Shown here: positions 43,778 to 48,593 of the stretch, one piece after another
Numbering within the stretch: position 1 is the first letter of the stretch
Layout of the letters: each line of letters begins with the position of its first letter
Assembly: GCA_964650625.1 (NCBI GenBank)
Contig: CAZYUV010000001.1
Location: 1-48,593 of the forward strand
DNA from: an uncultured bacterium
Lineage (GTDB): Bacteria > Muiribacteriota > UBA6191
Length of the DNA stretch: 48,593 nt
Reading direction: 5' to 3'
The notes under the pieces: generated by a model
Told to the model about the DNA's origin: nothing
The model's input: the letters and a program-made list of their open reading frames with translations, nothing else
The model's database searches: none
Made by a program: the position numbers and the translations under genes

Positions 43778-44924
43778 AGAGCTCTTTGATCTAGTTCAAG
43801 ATTTGTATCCTGGAAAATCGCCTATTCCACTTCATGAGCCACTATTAAATGGCAATGAAAAAAAATACTTAAATCTATGCATCGATAGTGGTTACGTTTC
43901 GAGTGTTGGCGAATTCGTCAATCGCTTTGAAAAAGAAATTTCTAACTTAACCGGTAGCAAGAATGCCATAGCAGTAGTTAACGGAACTCAAGCTTTACAT
44001 CTAGCTTTATATACGTTGGGGATAGGCCCTGGAAAAGCTGTATTAGCTCCATCGTTAACATTCGTTGCGACCATAAATTCAATTTATCACAATGGAGCTT
44101 CGCCAATCTTTCTCGATATTGAAGATGAAACTCTTGGAATATGTCCAGATAAAGCTAGAGCTTTTATTCAAAATGAATGCTTTTCCTTAGGGAGCGAACT
44201 AAAGCACAAAGCGTCCGGTCTTACAATAGCAGCTATAATGCCTACCCATGTATTCGGTCATGCTTCACGAATCAAAGAACTTTCAAAGTTAGCTGATGAT
44301 TATTCACTACATTTAATTGAAGATGCCGCTGAAGGCGTAGGTAGTCGGACTAATCAGAAACATTTAGGAACATTCGGTACACTGGGAGTTCTTAGTTTTA
44401 ATGGCAATAAAACATTAACGACTGGAGGAGGGGGTATTGTTCTAACTGAACACAACTCTATTGCGCAACAACTAAAACACTTGTCAACAACAGCACGAGT
44501 TCAATCAGGATATGAGCTGGAACATGATATGCCGGGTTTTAATTATAGAATGCCAAATCTTAACGCAGCATTGGGAATGGCTCAGCTAGAAAGTCTTCCT
44601 CACTTTTTACATAAAAAACGTTCTTTAGCCTTAAATTATCAGCAACTCCAAATTCCGCATTCAAAATGGCTTAAAGAACCTAAAAACAATCAATCAAATT
44701 ACTGGTTAAATGCAATTCAATTGGATAGTGTAAAGCTACGTAATAACCTTCTTAATGATGCCCATAAAAAAGGGATTCTTTGTCGACCCATCTGGAAACC
44801 TATTCATAATATGACCGCCTACGCCAAATTTCCAAAAGACGATCTTTCTACAACAGAAAACTTATCCCTACGTATTGTATGCCTACCAAGTGGCCTCAAA
44901 GGTTTAAACCTAAAATCTTTTTAA
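43770..44924 (+). CDS. DegT/DnrJ/EryC1-type PLP aminotransferase, LegC-family-like
   Basis: NGNEKKYLNLCIDSGYVSSVGEFVNRFE, VNGTQALHLAL and the PLP-lysine region SFNGNKTLTTGGGGIVLT. 8-nt overlap with the dehydratase gene. Confidence 0.85.
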   Translation: MFKELFDLVQDLYPGKSPIPLHEPLLNGNEKKYLNLCIDSGYVSSVGEFVNRFEKEISNLTGSKNAIAVVNGTQALHLALYTLGIGPGKAVLAPSLTFVATINSIYHNGASPIFLDIEDETLGICPDKARAFIQNECFSLGSELKHKASGLTIAAIMPTHVFGHASRIKELSKLADDYSLHLIEDAAEGVGSRTNQKHLGTFGTLGVLSFNGNKTLTTGGGGIVLTEHNSIAQQLKHLSTTARVQSGYELEHDMPGFNYRMPNLNAALGMAQLESLPHFLHKKRSLALNYQQLQIPHSKWLKEPKNNQSNYWLNAIQLDSVKLRNNLLNDAHKKGILCRPIWKPIHNMTAYAKFPKDDLSTTENLSLRIVCLPSGLKGLNLKSF

Positions 44925-46538
44925 TCAAACCGCCTTTTGAAAACTATTTACGGACTCTTTTAACAACCATCCCATAGGAGAATACTCTAAGGTGTAGTGA
45001 ACCTCTTGAACTGATTGTTCACGATGACTTACGCAAATTACAATGGTTTCAGGAATTGCCTTTCTCAACCCTTTCCAAACATTTTTTTCACATAAATAAT
45101 CAAGGCCCGACATGGCTTCATCTAAAATAAGTAAATCAGGTTTTCGTAAGATAGCTCTGGCAAGAGCAATTCGTTGTGCCTCACCGGTGGACAAATTTTT
45201 TCCAGCTTCATAAATTTGGCCATCCAATCCAATTGTTTCTAATATCTCGGAAAAGTATACGCTATGCAAAACATCGATACATTCCTGCTTAGTAACCTGA
45301 TCCGAAAGGGGGTGCCCATAGAGTAAATTGTCACGTAAACTTCCTTGAATTAAACACATCTGATGATTTGCATAGGCAAGTCTTGAGGAGTAATTAATTA
45401 AACAATCTTTGTTATGATTAATAAGAAGCTTATTTTCGAACATTAATTGATCTAAAAAAGTAGTTTTTCCACAACCACTTGGCCCTTTTATCCAAAGTAT
45501 TTCTCCCGACTTTAAGAATAGTTGTTGCCCATCTGGAAACTCGGTACTAACAGAACGAATATTATCTAATGCATTTACTGAAGGTGTTATATCTTCATAT
45601 TCTTTTAAATTAATTGACTCGTCGAATGCTATTTGCATGCTACGAGCCTGACTATAGGCCCCAGAACAATGCGCTAGAGCTTGGGAAAACCGAAGTAATA
45701 TATACGCGAAAGCAATTATTTTCGTTTGATCACTTTGAATACTTGCAAGACAAAGAATCGATATTACAACCAAAAATCCAATTGCTTGTGGGCATGTATT
45801 GGAGAGAGCAAAATCCCTATCTACCTTATAACTAAAATTCAGATAATCCTCGTTTTTCATCTGAATACTGTCTAATTCCCCCTGCTGATTTCCCGTTAAT
45901 TTTAAAAAACGTTGATTCGCCTTTGCGTTTATCAATTTACGATTAAGATCAAACATTGCTTGCAATCGTAAATTTCCTCTGCGCATTACTCGCTTACCCA
46001 ACGAACGTACCATCCATGCAGTACATCCAACCAAAAGTAAGGCTAATCCAAAAAGAGTGCCGCCCAATAGCATCGCTGGAATTAATAAGCACGCTCCTAG
46101 CAAAAAGCGCTGGTAAAACTCGGCCACACTACATAAAAATTGGGCCGAATGTGTTATTCCCTCTTGCAACGCATTTTGTAATTGCGCAGTCGAAATATAA
46201 TCGGGCCTCGAAAATAAACTGGCAGTAACCCAACGAAGTCTTAAGATAGCAGTCGTATTTTCCCTAATACGTGCTAATAATACATGATGAAAAAACTGAA
46301 AAAGTGCTCTTAAGAAGATCATAATACCCAGAATCAAGCCACTAAATAAAATGGTATATTTGGAAGGAAAACTATTATTAGTTATCCATAATGCAAACTC
46401 TTGTAGCTCCCAAGCAAAGATAATTTCTACAACAAAAAGTAAGAATGTAATCGGAAACCAGGCGTAAAATAGCCATTTCAAAGAATCCTGCTGAATTAAA
46501 AAGCGTAATCCTTTTACTAGGGTATTTGTTGTTTTCAT
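44925..46538 (-). CDS. ABC half-transporter (fused permease + ATPase, exporter type)
   Basis: N-terminal ~300 aa with about 5-6 hydrophobic helices. Walker A GPSGCGKTT, signature LSTGEAQRIALARA, Walker B LLILDEA and H-loop VSHR. Confidence 0.9.
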   Translation of the reverse strand: MKTTNTLVKGLRFLIQQDSLKWLFYAWFPITFLLFVVEIIFAWELQEFALWITNNSFPSKYTILFSGLILGIMIFLRALFQFFHHVLLARIRENTTAILRLRWVTASLFSRPDYISTAQLQNALQEGITHSAQFLCSVAEFYQRFLLGACLLIPAMLLGGTLFGLALLLVGCTAWMVRSLGKRVMRRGNLRLQAMFDLNRKLINAKANQRFLKLTGNQQGELDSIQMKNEDYLNFSYKVDRDFALSNTCPQAIGFLVVISILCLASIQSDQTKIIAFAYILLRFSQALAHCSGAYSQARSMQIAFDESINLKEYEDITPSVNALDNIRSVSTEFPDGQQLFLKSGEILWIKGPSGCGKTTFLDQLMFENKLLINHNKDCLINYSSRLAYANHQMCLIQGSLRDNLLYGHPLSDQVTKQECIDVLHSVYFSEILETIGLDGQIYEAGKNLSTGEAQRIALARAILRKPDLLILDEAMSGLDYLCEKNVWKGLRKAIPETIVICVSHREQSVQEVHYTLEYSPMGWLLKESVNSFQKAV

Positions 46539-46583
46539 GCAGAAATTTTACGCTGTGCCAGACTTTAGCACCAGCAATGATTT

Positions 46584-47819
46584 ATGAGTATAATAAACAA
46601 AATGCGATCTACTTCAAATCAGTATAGATATCCATGGACCCTGATCAAAGATGCTTTTGCAGGAAAGTCTGTAGTGGATAGTCGTTGGATGCAGATAAGG
46701 TCCATAAATGATGCGGAAGAAACAATACGTTATTATGGATACGATTGGCAGGCTCAGAATGATCGTAACATATTATTGGAAAGCTATAAAAAGTCCTTAG
46801 ATTTTATAGAGCAATCATTGATCCAAAACTTTCCGGAGCCACTTCGTATACATTCAGAGGTAAAGGAGAGTAACGATCTTAGACAGGTCTTGTATTGGAC
46901 AAATCCACGCACAAGAAATAAAGAAGTTCAACTTTGGTCATGTGCAGTATTAAAAGTACTTCACACTATTCTTCATCTTGAAAACGATTTTTTATATGAC
47001 CATTTTCAGGAGGCAAGAAGTCAAATTTTTGAGCGATTTCATGGACATCTGTATATCGATGAAAATAATCATATTTATTTTGGAAAAGATCCATCAAAAT
47101 TCATACCGCTATATTATTTCGAAGTAAAACGAGAAAAGGATTGGAAATCAAAATTAATCAAACTTTTACAAAAACCAGAGAATACAGCAACTCGAATCTT
47201 TGATCATATAGGTGTTCGTATGGTCACAGAAAATTTGCTGGATGTGTTACAAATTTTCAATTATCTACTCATAAGTAAAATTTTTATATTTGCGAATATC
47301 ACACCATCTCGTTCTAGAAATACATTGCTGGACATTGATGCTTGTCAAAAATACATAAATCGCGTTTTACGACAGGTAAGCTCCGGCAAATTAAACCAGG
47401 AAGATCTTGATAAAAAAATATATTCAAAATATAACTATGAAGAACTTCTTATTGATGATCCTCTGCCGGATAACCCCTATTCTCTTGATCACTTTCGTTC
47501 AATTCAGTTTACATGCAGGCATCTTGTTCGTTTTGCCAATCCCACCTATATTCAAATGATGGATTTAAGACAGCATATGTTTGTAGATCATATTCCTCCT
47601 CATAGTATTCAGGAGTTAGATCAAATTTTATCTGGCATTAAGCGTGAAATTAAATTTTTTTTCCCATTTGAAATTCAAATAATGGATAAACAAACTTTTC
47701 TAATTAACCAAAAAGGCTTAGGTTCCCATGCAGAGTATAAACAAAATCAATTGGAAGCTGCACGAAAAAGAGTTTTAGGAAAATTACTTGAACCATACAA
47801 TAGTCAAGGAGCACAATGA
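46584..47819 (+). CDS. divergent RelA/SpoT-synthetase-fold (alarmone synthetase-like) nucleotidyl/pyrophosphotransferase
   Basis: R183-E-K-D-W-K-S-K-L-I-K193 (RxKxxxSxxxK), D207-HIGVR212 (DxxGxR), F305-RSIQF, and FEIQI...GSHAEYK (aa 362-386) occur in the same order as the SYNTH-domain motifs of RelQ/RelA. Large insertions separate them, and there is an extra ~170-aa N-terminal region. Confidence 0.6.
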   Translation: MSIINKMRSTSNQYRYPWTLIKDAFAGKSVVDSRWMQIRSINDAEETIRYYGYDWQAQNDRNILLESYKKSLDFIEQSLIQNFPEPLRIHSEVKESNDLRQVLYWTNPRTRNKEVQLWSCAVLKVLHTILHLENDFLYDHFQEARSQIFERFHGHLYIDENNHIYFGKDPSKFIPLYYFEVKREKDWKSKLIKLLQKPENTATRIFDHIGVRMVTENLLDVLQIFNYLLISKIFIFANITPSRSRNTLLDIDACQKYINRVLRQVSSGKLNQEDLDKKIYSKYNYEELLIDDPLPDNPYSLDHFRSIQFTCRHLVRFANPTYIQMMDLRQHMFVDHIPPHSIQELDQILSGIKREIKFFFPFEIQIMDKQTFLINQKGLGSHAEYKQNQLEAARKRVLGKLLEPYNSQGAQ

Positions 47820-48592
47820 ATCAGGTAAAAAGTTTTCTGGATGAGCTTTTAGAGGAACCACATCCATTAATAAATTTAGATCAAGCTCAGGAGTGGAACG
47901 ATTGTGAGTTTGTCGATAGATTTTTTGATTCCAGTAGAGACGGATTTTATGATCTAGAAGATGAAACAAAGTTTGTACAAAATCAACTCACCGATGGGCC
48001 TTTTCTAGACTTGGGGAGTGGTAGAGAAAGACTGGCTGCACCACTATCAGAGAAAATCAAAGGTTTCGCCTTGGATAAGAGTCTTGTTAGTCTTCGCGGA
48101 AATCAAATACCCAGTATATGCGCTGACTATCATAAACTACCCTTAAAAGGTCAATTTGGTTCCATCTTATTAGCTTATGGGCAAATTTGCTTTTGTGAAA
48201 AACCAAAGCTAATCGATTTATTAAAACGCTGTAAAAAAATACTTAAACGAAAAGGTAAAATATATCTCGATTTGCCAACTATCGATGCCATTCAATCCAT
48301 GCACTCTTACGGCGAATGGGAATTTGTAGACACAAGTAAACATCAACTACTTTTTACTGCGCGTCATTACGATCCAGATAGTGGTATTTTTTCACAAAAA
48401 TTATTAAACATAAATCGTATAAGCGGTAACTTAAAGACTCGTTGGATTCATTATCAAATGTATTCTTTATATGAATTACTAGAACTTTTCAAAGACCTGC
48501 GTTTACAGGTAAATTATGGTGCCGAAGATTTTGATGAATCACCTATTAAGGAGGAGTCCCCATGGATGATATTCGTACTCCAAAAACCTTGA
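47816..48592 (+). CDS. class I SAM-dependent methyltransferase-like protein
   Basis: ATGA overlap with the upstream gene. Motif-I-like FLDLGSGRERLAAPL, then ILLAYGQICF and KGKIYLDLP. The stop lies at the very end of the window. Confidence 0.6.
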   Translation: MNQVKSFLDELLEEPHPLINLDQAQEWNDCEFVDRFFDSSRDGFYDLEDETKFVQNQLTDGPFLDLGSGRERLAAPLSEKIKGFALDKSLVSLRGNQIPSICADYHKLPLKGQFGSILLAYGQICFCEKPKLIDLLKRCKKILKRKGKIYLDLPTIDAIQSMHSYGEWEFVDTSKHQLLFTARHYDPDSGIFSQKLLNINRISGNLKTRWIHYQMYSLYELLELFKDLRLQVNYGAEDFDESPIKEESPWMIFVLQKP

Positions 48593-48593
48593 A

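Noticed and set aside
1-48593. Looked for CRISPR arrays, tandem repeats, IS elements or terminal inverted repeats, and rRNA or other structured RNA genes.
   Set aside because: I noticed no regularly spaced direct repeats, no transposase-like ORF, and no GC-rich structured segment in any intergenic gap. All gaps are under ~310 nt and AT-rich. This was visual inspection only, so short or degenerate repeats could have been missed.

Overview
Visibly AT-rich (GC judged by eye as mid-30s %, not computed), very gene-dense (about 46 plausible CDS, over 90% coding) chromosomal segment. It comes from a diderm bacterium, judging by an LPS heptosyltransferase, a lipobox lipoprotein, an OMP-like barrel and many signal peptides. 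Taxon cannot be assigned from the sequence alone. All functional calls rest on motifs I recognise in the supplied translations; no database search was possible.

Content:
- The window opens with the 3' part of tRNA-Ser(UGA).
- Housekeeping genes: gpmI, trkH, a CCA-adding/poly(A) polymerase family enzyme, elbB, a YbgC-type thioesterase, a PfkB kinase and a metallophosphoesterase.
- Two unrelated MoxR-class AAA/VWA modules: a CoxD/CoxE-like pair at 5665-7685 and a MoxR-DUF58-BatA_N trio at 34868-38351.
- Many envelope and glycan genes: GT2, several GT4, GT9, a LegB/LegC-like dehydratase and aminotransferase, and an ABC half-transporter.

Most interesting:
1. A seven-gene, translationally coupled operon at 12824-21534. 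A PilM-PilN fusion, a PilO-like protein and an exported HEAT-repeat protein with two PilP/GspC-HR-like modules are interleaved with three glycosyltransferases and an exported TPR-metalloprotease-like protein. No secretin, pilin, ATPase or glycan exporter is present. This is my best candidate for an undescribed envelope system.
2. A 411-aa protein at 46584-47819 keeps the core motifs of the RelA/SpoT alarmone-synthetase fold, with large insertions. It is coupled by an ATGA overlap to a SAM methyltransferase.

I saw no CRISPR array, rRNA, transposase, integrase, prophage genes or recognisable known defence system.
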